In this document: piece after piece, positions 8,494-16,884 of the stretch
How the letters are laid out: each line of letters starts with the position of its first letter
Position numbering within the stretch: position 1 is the stretch's first letter
Assembly (NCBI GenBank): GCA_040386535.1
Contig: JAZKFH010000065.1
Coordinates: 12,468 to 53,105, forward strand
Source of the DNA: Myxococcota bacterium
GTDB taxonomy: Bacteria > Myxococcota_A > UBA796 > SXON01
DNA: 40,638 nt
Reading direction: 5' to 3'
The notes under the pieces: generated by a model
Database searches by the model: none
What the model saw: only the letters and a program-made list of their open reading frames with translations
Told to the model about the DNA's origin: nothing
Position numbers and translations under genes: made by a program

Positions 8494-9624
8494 CTAGGCC
8501 TCCGCGACGATGTGGTAGAGGGTGTCACGTTCGACCGGGATGCGCCCGGCGTCGCGGATGAGCTGCACCAGCTCGGTGCGGGTCAGCTCTTGCGGGGTCT
8601 TGGCGCCCGCCATGTGGTAGATGCGCTCCTCGCGCACGGTGCCGTCGAGATCGTCCACGCCGAACGCCAGGGACACCTGCGCCAGCTTGATGCCGAGCAT
8701 GATCCAGTAGGCCTTGATGTGGTCCATGTTGTCGAGCATCAGGCGCGACACCGCCATGGTGCGCAGCGTGTCGTAGCCCGTGGGCTCCGGCAGGCGGCGC
8801 AAGCGGTTGTTCTCGTTGTGGAACCGCAGCGGGATGAAGGTCTGGAAGCCGCCCGTCTCGTCCTGGAGGGCGCGCAGCCGCACGAGGTGGTCGACACGCT
8901 CCTCGATCGTCTCGATGCTGCCGAACAGCATGGTGCAGTTGGACCGCAGCCCCATCTTGTGCGCCACACGGTGCACCTCCAACCAACCGTCCGCGTCGAC
9001 CTTGTCGTGGCACAACTTCTTGCGCGCGCGGGGGTGGAAGATCTCGGCGCCGCCGCCGGGGAGCGAGCCGAGCCCGGCCTCGACGAGCTCGGTCAGCACC
9101 TGCTCGTAGGACTTGCCGAACTTCTCCGCGAAGTAGTGGATCTCGACCGCGGTGAAGCCCTTGATGTGCAGGTCGGGCCGCTCGACCTTGATGCCACGCA
9201 AAAGGTCGAGGTAGTACTCCCAGGGCAGGTCCGGGTTGAGCCCGTTGACGATGTGCACCTCGGTGATGAACTCCTCGCGGAGCGCGCTCACCCGGCCGAC
9301 CGCCTGCTCGAGCGACATCGTGTAGGACTCGGGATCCCCAGTCTTGAGCCGCGCGAAGCTGCAGAAGATGCAGCTCGCCTCGCACACGTTGGTCGCGTTG
9401 ACGTGCAGGTTGCGGTTGAAGTAGGTCAGGTCGCCCCAACGCTGCTCGCGCACCCGGTTGGCGAGCGCGCCCACGGCGGCCACCTCGGGGGTGTGGAACA
9501 GTTGGATGCCGTCCTCGACAGAAAGGCGCACGCCCGCCTCGAGCTTCTCGCGGATGGGGCCGAGGCCCGCGGCGTCGATGGCGCGGCGGGTGGTGCTCCC
9601 CAGCTCGGGCATTTGGTCAGTCAT
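8494..9624 (-). CDS. mqnE: Aminofutalosine synthase MqnE (radical SAM)
   Basis: TNVCEASCIFCSF, HIKGFTAVEI, GGGAEIF, HIKAYWIM, DLDGTV.EERIYHMAG, ERDTLY. Confidence 0.93.
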   Translation of the reverse strand: MTDQMPELGSTTRRAIDAAGLGPIREKLEAGVRLSVEDGIQLFHTPEVAAVGALANRVREQRWGDLTYFNRNLHVNATNVCEASCIFCSFARLKTGDPESYTMSLEQAVGRVSALREEFITEVHIVNGLNPDLPWEYYLDLLRGIKVERPDLHIKGFTAVEIHYFAEKFGKSYEQVLTELVEAGLGSLPGGGAEIFHPRARKKLCHDKVDADGWLEVHRVAHKMGLRSNCTMLFGSIETIEERVDHLVRLRALQDETGGFQTFIPLRFHNENNRLRRLPEPTGYDTLRTMAVSRLMLDNMDHIKAYWIMLGIKLAQVSLAFGVDDLDGTVREERIYHMAGAKTPQELTRTELVQLIRDAGRIPVERDTLYHIVAEA

Positions 9625-10204
9625 CCTGGACCTCGCTTGGTTCGGACAGGCCCGTCCAACGGCGGACCAGCTCGTTCTCGATGCCCACCCGATCGAAGGC
9701 GCGCGCGACGACGGTGTCGAGCAGCGCGTCCATGGTCTTGGGGCGGCTGTAGAAGGAAGGCGCCGCGGGCATCACGATGCCCCCGGCCATCGTGAGCGCC
9801 TCCATGTTGCGGAGGTGGATCAGCGAGAACGGGGTCTCGCGGAGCACCAACACGAGGGGGCGGCGCTCCTTGAGCATCACGTCGGCGGCGCGGCCGAGCA
9901 GATCGGCGCTCATGCCGTGCGCAATGCGGGCCATGGCGCCGGCGGAGCACGGGATGACCAACATGGCGTCGTAGCGGGAGGAGCCCGACGCGAACGGCGC
10001 GGTCATGTCGTTGGCGGGCCACAGGCGCAGGCCGAGGTCGGCGGGGTTCGTGCCGATCTCGTGTTGCCACACGAGGCGGGCGGTCTTGGTGAAAACCACG
10101 TCGGTCTCGATGCCGGCGGCGCGGCCGGGGCCGGCGAGAAAAGCCATGGCTCTCTGAGCGTAGGGCGCGCCGGACGCTCCACTTACGCCGAGGACGAGCT
10201 TCAT
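9617..10204 (-). CDS. ubiX: Flavin prenyltransferase UbiX
   Basis: MKLVLGVSGASG, ASGS, PCS, RAADV.LKERR.LVL..RETP, P.FYS.P. Confidence 0.93.
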   Translation of the reverse strand: MKLVLGVSGASGAPYAQRAMAFLAGPGRAAGIETDVVFTKTARLVWQHEIGTNPADLGLRLWPANDMTAPFASGSSRYDAMLVIPCSAGAMARIAHGMSADLLGRAADVMLKERRPLVLVLRETPFSLIHLRNMEALTMAGGIVMPAAPSFYSRPKTMDALLDTVVARAFDRVGIENELVRRWTGLSEPSEVQDD

Positions 10205-10670
10205 TGGGCCTCCGGGGGCGCGCCGTCGGCAGGGGCAGGGCGCCGAGAACCGCGTCCGGGGCCCCCGCTGGTCCCCCCCAGAGGGGAGCCCGAAGGGCTC
10301 GCGGAGTCGGCGGGCGCGAGACTCGCAGCGCCCGGCCCGGCAAGGGCCGGACGCGGAGCGGGGCGAACGCCTCGGCCGCCTGGAAGGGCGGGCGAGGATC
10401 GTACGGCCGACGCAGCCCGCCCCCGGAGGCGAGCGCAAAGCGAGCCGTGAGGGGGCCCCACCAGCGGACCCGGGCCGCACGGCGCCCAGCCCCGGCCGCC
10501 GGCGCGCGGGATGCCTGCTGCAGCTCGAGGGTCGGCGTGCCTGGGACCTCCGGTGCTTCCACAGCACGGAGAGATGGGCGTTTGCGCGTTGGCCCCGGTC
10601 GTGCCTGGCATCTCAACCATGGCCCGGAGGGGACGGGAGGTGGTGGTGGTGATGGCTTGGTTGGGCGCGT

Positions 10671-11177
10671 CCCCGGCGCGGACGCCGGGGTCGGGGGCCT
10701 GCGGGGTCGGCCTGCGGCCTCCGTTGGCGCGGGCGCGGCTTACGCCGCGCGGCGCCGAACCGCGCGGCCCCGGCCGCGCGCCCTCCGGACCCCTCGCGCG
10801 GGGCCACGCGCCGAACTCCGGGGATGTCCCCGCATCGGTCGAGTTCGGCGCGCCCCGCGCGCCGAACTCCGGGGATGCCGCCGCATCCGTCGAGTTCGGC
10901 GCGCCCAGGGCGCCGGACTCGGGGGATGTCCCCGCATCGGTCGAGTTCGGCGCGCACCGCGCGCCGAACTCCGGGGATGCCGCCGCATCGGTCGACTTCG
11001 GCGCGCCCAGGGCGCCGAACCCCGGGGATGCCGCCGCATCGGTCGACTTCGGCGCCGCCCCGGCGCGGACGCCGGGGGCGGAGGCCTGCGGGCTCGGCCT
11101 GCGGGTTCCGTTGGCGCGGGCGCCGCGCGTCGCCGAACCGCGCGGCCCCGACTGCGCGCCCTCCGGCTCCCTCGCGT
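10671..11177. repeat. Diverged ~125-bp direct repeats (10671-10798 and 11058-11177) bracketing a hairpin array
   Basis: Shared CCCCGGCGCGGACGCCGGGG..GGCCTGCGGG.TCGGCCTGCGG..TCCGTTGGCGCGGGCGC..CGCCGAACCGCGCGGCCCCG..GCGCGCCCTCCGG..CCCTCGCG. Confidence 0.85.
10808..11055. repeat. Tandem array of five 51-bp REP-like units (44-nt hairpin GCGCCGAACTC-N4-GATG-N6-CATC-N4-GAGTTCGGCGC plus 7-nt linker)
   Basis: Unit starts at 10808, 10859, 10910, 10961, 11012. Confidence 0.9.
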
Positions 11178-11200
11178 GCGGGAGCAGAGTGGTCGCGCGC

Positions 11201-11348
11201 GGACCGGAGTCGGGTGATGGCCGCGCATCGGTGGACTCCGGTCCTCCAGCACGGACCGGAGTCGAGCGATGGCCTCGCATCGGGCGACACCGGTCCTCCC
11301 AGGCGGACCGGAGTCCGGCGATGACCTTGCATCGGGCGACTCCGGTCC
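11201..11348. repeat. Tandem array of three 52-bp REP-like units (GGACCGGAGTC-N4-GATG-N6-CATC-N4-GACTCCGGTCC plus 8-nt linker)
   Basis: Unit starts at 11201, 11253, 11305; same family as 40397-40543. Confidence 0.9.
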
Positions 11349-11405
11349 TCCCGAACGACCGCGCCGCGGACGCGCACGCCGCCCCGGGTCCCGCCGACAT
11401 CGCGG

Positions 11406-12125
11406 TCACGCGCCCACCCGCGCATCCACCAGCGACGCGACCGGCGGGAACAGGTCGCGGCCGGACACCGTGGTGAAGCCGGCGGTGCGGCAGGCGGCTT
11501 CGAAGCCGGCGCGGTCGTACCAGGCGGCCATGGAGCCGGCGAGGTAGCGGTAGGCGGAGGCGTCGCCAGTGACGAGGCCGCCTACGATGGGCAGGACGAC
11601 GCGGTTGTAGGTGCCCGCGAAGAACTTCTGCGCGAAGGTGGTGGGGCGGAAGAAGTCGACCACCACCATCACGCCGCCGGGGCGGAGGACGCGGCGGGCC
11701 TCGGCGAGGGCGCGCTCGGGCTCGGGGACGTTGCGGATGCCGAAGCCGATGACGATCGCGTCGAACGAGGCGTCGGGGAGCGGGAGGTCGCGGGCGTCGG
11801 CACACACGGTGCGCACGTTGGCGCCGGCGGGGATCTTGGCCATGCCCGCTTCGAGCATGGGCGCGCAGAAGTCGAGGGCGACGATGCTCCGGGCCACGGG
11901 CGCCAGAGCCGCGGTGAAATCCATCGTGCCCGCGCACAGATCGAGCACGTCGCCCTTCGCGTTGGCGCCGAGGGTGCGGATGGCGATGCGGCGCCACGCG
12001 CGGTCGATGCCCATCGACATGAACTGGTTGGCGCGGTCGTAGCCGGGGGCGATGCGCGCGAACATGTCGCGCACGGCGGGGGCGCGGTTGGGATCGCCGG
12101 GGACGGGGGCGTCGGGGCCGGACAT
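11406..12125 (-). CDS. menG: Demethylmenaquinone methyltransferase (UbiE/MenG family)
   Basis: MFARIAPGYD..N..MS.GID..WR, LDLCAGT.D, FGIRNV, RVLRPGG, AY.YL..S. Confidence 0.9.
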   Translation of the reverse strand: MSGPDAPVPGDPNRAPAVRDMFARIAPGYDRANQFMSMGIDRAWRRIAIRTLGANAKGDVLDLCAGTMDFTAALAPVARSIVALDFCAPMLEAGMAKIPAGANVRTVCADARDLPLPDASFDAIVIGFGIRNVPEPERALAEARRVLRPGGVMVVVDFFRPTTFAQKFFAGTYNRVVLPIVGGLVTGDASAYRYLAGSMAAWYDRAGFEAACRTAGFTTVSGRDLFPPVASLVDARVGA

Positions 12126-12214
12126 CGCGCCGCCGGGGGGGTCCAGGGGGGGCCCGGCCCCCACTGGCGGGGCGTTACGGGGCAGCGCCCCGTCCCCACC
12201 AAATTGCTCAGCGC

Positions 12215-13174
12215 TCACGACGAACGCTCGACGAGATACCGGCCGAGGACCACGAGCGCGTCGCGGAACACGGACGGGGGGAGGACGCCGAGGGCGCCGA
12301 CGGCGAGGTCGACGCGGCGGCGGGCCTCGTCCTGGGCTGCGTCGAGGGCGCCCGAGGCGCGCACGAGCGCGAGGAGCGTGTCCAGATCGTCGGTGTAGAG
12401 GCGCGCGCGCAGGTCGGGCAGGCGCTCCATCGCGAGGAGGAGCGGGAGCGTGAGCTTCTTCTCGCGCAGGTCCTGGCCGGCGGGCTTGCCGGTGCCGGCG
12501 TTGTAGTCGAGCACGTCGTCCGTGATCTGGAAGGCCACGCCCACCCCGCGGCCGAAGGCGGCGAGAGCCGCCGCGGCGGCGTCGTTCCCGGAGGCGAGCG
12601 CCCCGGCGGCGGCGCACCAGGCGATGAGCGCGGCGCTCTTCTTGTCGATCATGTCGAGGTACTGGTCGAGCGTGGTGTCGAGGTTGCCGGCGCGCTGGAG
12701 CTGGAGCACCTCGCCCTCGGCCATGTTCGTGACGGCCTCGGCGAGCGCGGTGACGGTGGCGTGGCCGCCGTCCGTCGCGGCGAGGAGCACGGCGCGGGCG
12801 AGGCAGAAGTCACCCGTGAGGATGACCGCGGCGTTGCCGTAGACGCGCTGGGCGGCGGGCAGACCGCGGCGGGTGGCGCCGTCATCCACCACGTCGTCGT
12901 GGAGGAGCGACCCGAGGTGGATGAGCTCCCCCGCGCACATCAGCCCGTCGATGCGGCCGGTGTGGCCGACCGCGCCGCTGCCGAGCGCGGTGAGCAGCGG
13001 ACGCAGGCGCTTGCCGCCAGCGGAGGCGAGGTAGGCGCCGATGGCCTCGACCACGTCGACCTCGGAGGCGACGAGCTCGCGCAGGCGCACCTCGGCCGCG
13101 GCGAGCTCGGGCTCGGCGAGGGCAAACACGTCGGCCGGGGTCTCGATCCAGGTCAGCGGCGAGCCGCCGTGCAC
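12215..13174 (-). CDS. Long-chain polyprenyl diphosphate synthase (octa-/heptaprenyl)
   Basis: GGKRLRP, LLHDDVVD..RRG, EGE..Q, AFQITDDVLD; start uncertain (GTG 13174 or ATG 13288). Confidence 0.9.
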   Translation of the reverse strand: MHGGSPLTWIETPADVFALAEPELAAAEVRLRELVASEVDVVEAIGAYLASAGGKRLRPLLTALGSGAVGHTGRIDGLMCAGELIHLGSLLHDDVVDDGATRRGLPAAQRVYGNAAVILTGDFCLARAVLLAATDGGHATVTALAEAVTNMAEGEVLQLQRAGNLDTTLDQYLDMIDKKSAALIAWCAAAGALASGNDAAAAALAAFGRGVGVAFQITDDVLDYNAGTGKPAGQDLREKKLTLPLLLAMERLPDLRARLYTDDLDTLLALVRASGALDAAQDEARRRVDLAVGALGVLPPSVFRDALVVLGRYLVERSS

Positions 13175-13315
13175 CCCGACGGGGCGCAGCCGGCGCACCA
13201 CGTGGGCGGGATCGAGCCCGCCCGTTTTGCGGGCGTCGCCCCGCTTCGACGAGGCGCTCTCCGGCAGGTCCCGGGCCGCACGTTCCATCACTCCTCCCGT
13301 CGACGCTTCATGCAT

Positions 13316-13331
13316 TTCAATGTTAACTGAA
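13316..13331. promoter_or_regulatory. Putative GbsR-type operator TTCA-N8-TGAA between the divergent polyprenyl synthase and regulator genes
   Basis: AT-rich inverted repeat TTCAATGTTAACTGAA about 20 bp upstream of the regulator start. Confidence 0.45.
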
Positions 13332-13352
13332 CTCGGTGAATCTGGCGAGGAC

Positions 13353-13925
13353 ATGACGATGGCGACCGAGGAGGAGACGGCCGAGGTCAAAGAGGCGCGG
13401 GACCGCGCGATCGGGATCGTCGCGGACGCGGTCGGCGAGCTGATGCGTTTCTGGAACTTCAAGCCTTCGCTCGGGCGGATCTGGGCGGTTCTCTACCTCT
13501 CCCCGGGGCCCCTCGATGCCGAGGAGATCGAGGCGAGGAGCGGGCTTAGCACAGGCAACGTAAGCATGTCGGTGCAGGAGCTCTTGCAGTGGGGGGTCGT
13601 CAAGCGGGTGCCGCCGGGGCCGAATCGTCGCCGCCTGTTCGTCGCCGAGACGGACATGTGGGCGATGGTCGCCCGGGTTTTCCGCGAGCGGGAGCTGCGC
13701 CTGGTCGAGCGCACGATCGAGCAGCTCGAACAAGCCGTTACGCTTCTCGACGGTCTCGGCCGCGGCAAGGACCCGAGCGCGATGCTCCAGAGCCGCTTCC
13801 TCGTGACCCGCGTGCGCAACCTGCTCGAGCTCGCCAAGACCGGCCGCCGGCTGCTCGAGGGGCTCTCCCGCACCGGGAGCGTCGACTTCTCCGCGATCCG
13901 TGACGTGTTGCGGGCGCGTTCGTGA
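13353..13925 (+). CDS. GbsR/MarR family transcriptional regulator
   Basis: GELMRFWNFK..LGRIWAVLYLS..PL....I....GLS.GNVSMS..EL..WGVV, F.AETD.W. Confidence 0.88.
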   Translation: MTMATEEETAEVKEARDRAIGIVADAVGELMRFWNFKPSLGRIWAVLYLSPGPLDAEEIEARSGLSTGNVSMSVQELLQWGVVKRVPPGPNRRRLFVAETDMWAMVARVFRERELRLVERTIEQLEQAVTLLDGLGRGKDPSAMLQSRFLVTRVRNLLELAKTGRRLLEGLSRTGSVDFSAIRDVLRARS

Positions 13926-14203
13926 CGCCGCCGGGCGAGGCGCCTCCTCCTGGGCCTCCGCCGGGGCCGTCCCCGGGCCCGCTGTTCCTCGCCGCCGATC
14001 CGAGCGCCACGCCCGCGCAGCGGATCGCCGCCGTCCACGCCTTCACCACGCGGTGCCGCGCCTGGGCGGTGGCGGCAGTTACACGAAGGCGTGAAGAGGG
14101 GCGCGCCGCCGACGACTGGGAATTGTACCTCCGGTTCACCGAGCACACGCTCGAAGAACTAGAGAACGGGACCCTCGATCACTGGTTCGTCGAGAACCCT
14201 TGA
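13922..14203 (+). CDS. Small hypothetical protein
   Basis: GTGA overlap with the regulator stop; protein-like C-terminus WELYLRFTEHTLEELENGTLDHWF. Confidence 0.65.
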   Translation: MTPPGEAPPPGPPPGPSPGPLFLAADPSATPAQRIAAVHAFTTRCRAWAVAAVTRRREEGRAADDWELYLRFTEHTLEELENGTLDHWFVENP

Positions 14204-14253
14204 CGGCGGGGCCTTTGATCGGCGAATGCGCTATCTTGAGAATGAGGGAGACC

Positions 14254-15015
14254 ATGCTGCTGAGCCTGCTGCTCACGGCCTGCACGGACACACGGGTCCT
14301 GGCGGGAGATGTACGCGACGTCTGGGGTAAACCCGTGTCGGACGCGACCGTGGTCATCGAGGGGGTCGTCGAGCGCTACCGCTCCGACTCGGCGGGCCGT
14401 TTCACGATCGACACCGAAAATCCGGTCACCCGGGTGATGGCCGGTAAAGACGGCTACATCAAGGACATCGAGCTCGTGCCCGCCCCGGCCGAGGAGGGCG
14501 AGGACTACGATCCCCTCGCCTTCGCGCTGTACCCCGAGCCCGAGCAGCCCGGCTTCTACGGCGTCGGCGCCTCCGAGTACATCCACCTCGAAGCCAAGCG
14601 CATCCGGGTCGTCGGCACCGAGCTCAAGCACTTCGCCGGCCTGCAGGACATCGCCGAGCAGGCCATGACCAGCGGCGGCCCCGCCACGTTCGTGTTCAGC
14701 TCGACCTTGCGGGCCTCCGAGCTCGCGCGGATGAACCTGCACCTGACCCGCCTCGATTTTGTCGACCACACCCGCGTCAAGGGCGTGCTCGGCGCGATGG
14801 ACGCGACGGTCAACCTCTGGGTGGCCGGCGAGGAAGTGCCGTTCGATCTCAAAGCCCTCCCCTCGCGGGACGCCTACCTCATCACCACGCGCGAGCCGGT
14901 GCCCGCGGGCATGTACGCGTTCCACGCGCAGGACGTGCTGAACGAGGAAGACGAGCGTGTGCTGCTGAACCTCCCGAAGGAGATGCAGGTCGCCTTTCCG
15001 TTCGAGGTCATGTAG
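14254..15015 (+). CDS. Lipoprotein with carboxypeptidase-regulatory-like (beta-sandwich) N-terminal domain
   Basis: LLLTAC lipobox-like; G.V.D..GKPV..A.V.I...SD..GRF; GAGGGAG RBS. Confidence 0.75.
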   Translation: MLLSLLLTACTDTRVLAGDVRDVWGKPVSDATVVIEGVVERYRSDSAGRFTIDTENPVTRVMAGKDGYIKDIELVPAPAEEGEDYDPLAFALYPEPEQPGFYGVGASEYIHLEAKRIRVVGTELKHFAGLQDIAEQAMTSGGPATFVFSSTLRASELARMNLHLTRLDFVDHTRVKGVLGAMDATVNLWVAGEEVPFDLKALPSRDAYLITTREPVPAGMYAFHAQDVLNEEDERVLLNLPKEMQVAFPFEVM

Positions 15016-15125
15016 GGCGCTGTTTGGGCGACCGGCGCGGGCCGCGGTGCCCGGCGCCTGCCGACCCCCCGGTGATCGCAGGCACTCAGGTGGCGCCGCC
15101 GCGCCCCCGGGGGAGTGGGACCGGC

Positions 15126-15220
15126 GTCCGGCAACTCGCCACCTGACCGTCAGGTGCGGCGTTGTTGGACCAGGTGTCCAGCAACTCGCCACCTGACCGT
15201 CAGGTGCGGCGTTGTTGGAC
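15126..15220. repeat. Two tandem 50-bp REP-like hairpin units (GTCCRGCAAC-N4-CACCTGACCGTCAGGTG-N4-GTTGTTGGAC)
   Basis: Near-identical units at 15126-15170 and 15176-15220. Confidence 0.85.
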
Positions 15221-15416
15221 GCGCGAGGCGCCGGGAGGGCGGCCGGGCCTCCCGGCCGGTCCCGGCCGCGTGCCGCCTCGGCGCGGCCGGACCAAGGCGC
15301 TCCGCGCCGCGCCCGGACGGGGCCGACCCGTGCGTCCGCGCGCGGGTCGCGCCCGAATTGTGCCTCCGCGGCCTACAAGGTAGCGGTCGGCACCCAATCG
15401 CGCCTACACTCCCTCC

Positions 15417-15983
15417 GTGCTCCTGCTCCTCGCCACCCTCGCCGCCGCCGCCGAACCGGCCCCCACCGTATTCCCGGCGCCGTCCACGTTCTCGGGAGAG
15501 TACCCGGCGCCGCTGATCACCGCGGCGCGCAAGTACCGGGGGCGCCCCTACAAGTGGGCGGGGCGCGCCGAGTCGCTCGACTGCATGGGGTTGGTTTTTC
15601 TGGCATGGACGGACGTGACCGGCCAAGATTGGGAGTCGCTCTCTGTCAACCCCACCGAATTGGTCGCGGCGCGGTCGCTCGGCGCGCCGGTGCCGGGCCT
15701 CGACGGCGTGCTGACCGAGCAGATCGACTGGTCGCTCTTCCGGAGCGGCGACGTGGTCTTCTTCCTGTCGCGCATCCCCAACCCCGCGGAGCCCGCGCTC
15801 GTCACGCTCGACGGCGAGCCCCACTGGGTGCGCCACATGGCGCTGTACGAGGGGGACCTGCTGCGGCGCTTCATCGCCGGGGAGCACACCAAGGGCAAGG
15901 TGTCCGAGCTGCCGCTGCCCGGGTACCTCGACGTGTGGCGGGTGATGTACCAGGGGATCTTCGTGGTGCGCCCGGGCACCTGA
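15417..15983 (+). CDS. Secreted NlpC/P60-like protein
   Basis: Signal peptide; A.KY.GRPY.WAG...LDCMGLV, GDVVFF, HMALY.G. Confidence 0.8.
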   Translation: MLLLLATLAAAAEPAPTVFPAPSTFSGEYPAPLITAARKYRGRPYKWAGRAESLDCMGLVFLAWTDVTGQDWESLSVNPTELVAARSLGAPVPGLDGVLTEQIDWSLFRSGDVVFFLSRIPNPAEPALVTLDGEPHWVRHMALYEGDLLRRFIAGEHTKGKVSELPLPGYLDVWRVMYQGIFVVRPGT

Positions 15984-16015
15984 GCCGGCGCAGTCGCGAG
16001 CGGGTGCGTGGCCGC

Positions 16016-16750
16016 CTACGGCTTGACGTTCTTCATCCACATGTCCCGCGCCGAGAACCCGCCATCCTTGGTGCCGACCTGGAGGGCCTCGCTGGTGTGG
16101 TGGTTCACCTGGAGGTACAGGCCGTGGATCGTGGCGACGTCGGTGGTCTTCTTGACGACCACGTGCACCACCATCGACGAGATGTCGTAGCGCTTTTTCG
16201 TGTCACCCACCCACTCCTCGGTCACCTTGCGGTCCCAAGCGGCTTGGGGAAAGCGGATGGCGAGCACCTCGTCGGCGGCGTACCGAGTCTTCCAGGCCTC
16301 GGCGACAGCGGCCTTGAGCTTGCTCTTGTCGGCGCCGGCGTAGAGATCCTTCGGCATCTCGACCACGTCGAGCTTGTGGGCCTTGATGTAGTCGATGGTG
16401 GCCTGCACGTCGGTGACCGTGTCGGTCAGGAGCTGCTTCATCCGCAGGTACTCGGGATCGTTGGTTCCCCGCGCCTTGCCGAGCTCGACGCCCTCGGTCG
16501 CGGCGGTGGTGAGCTTCTCCTTGATGCCGACGAACAGGTTCTCGCTCATGTCCGCCTTGGCCTTGGCCGCCATGGCGAGCACGTAGCGGCAATGGATCTC
16601 GATGCGCGCGGTCGGATTGTCCCCCACCTTGCGCAGCTCGGTCATGTACGCGACGGGGTCGGCGGACTCGAGCGTGCCCGCGTAGGCCGCCGGCAGCGCG
16701 AGCGAGAAGGCGAACAGGAGCGCGACGACGGGAACGGGGAGGCGGGACAT
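16016..16750 (-). CDS. Secreted hypothetical protein
   Basis: Signal peptide ending AAYA; strong coding-type codon bias. Confidence 0.8.
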   Translation of the reverse strand: MSRLPVPVVALLFAFSLALPAAYAGTLESADPVAYMTELRKVGDNPTARIEIHCRYVLAMAAKAKADMSENLFVGIKEKLTTAATEGVELGKARGTNDPEYLRMKQLLTDTVTDVQATIDYIKAHKLDVVEMPKDLYAGADKSKLKAAVAEAWKTRYAADEVLAIRFPQAAWDRKVTEEWVGDTKKRYDISSMVVHVVVKKTTDVATIHGLYLQVNHHTSEALQVGTKDGGFSARDMWMKNVKP

Positions 16751-16884
16751 GGGTGCTTCCGGTGGCGGGGGTCGGTGGAAGCCGCCCCTTCAACGCGGAG
16801 GAACAGCCCACCTACCGCTATCGTGAAACGCCGGAGGTGTCGCGACACGCCCGACCATTGCCCGCGCTCTTTCGCAATCGCCCC

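Noticed and set aside
6535..9795. 1086-aa plus-strand ORF (also 1549-3891, 4506-6512, 15212-17734, 16753-19281, 32217-33971, 34538-36643, 37786-39879)
   Set aside because: Antisense or off-frame shadows of well-supported genes in high-GC DNA; no motifs.
10808..11348. CRISPR array
   Set aside because: Linkers are only 7-8 nt and partly repeated; there are no unique 25-45-nt spacers and no cas genes.
10204..11476. ORFs crossing the menG-ubiX gap that encode 17-aa repeats
   Set aside because: They derive from the palindromic DNA repeats; no RBS, Arg/Pro/Gly-biased, and open in several frames.
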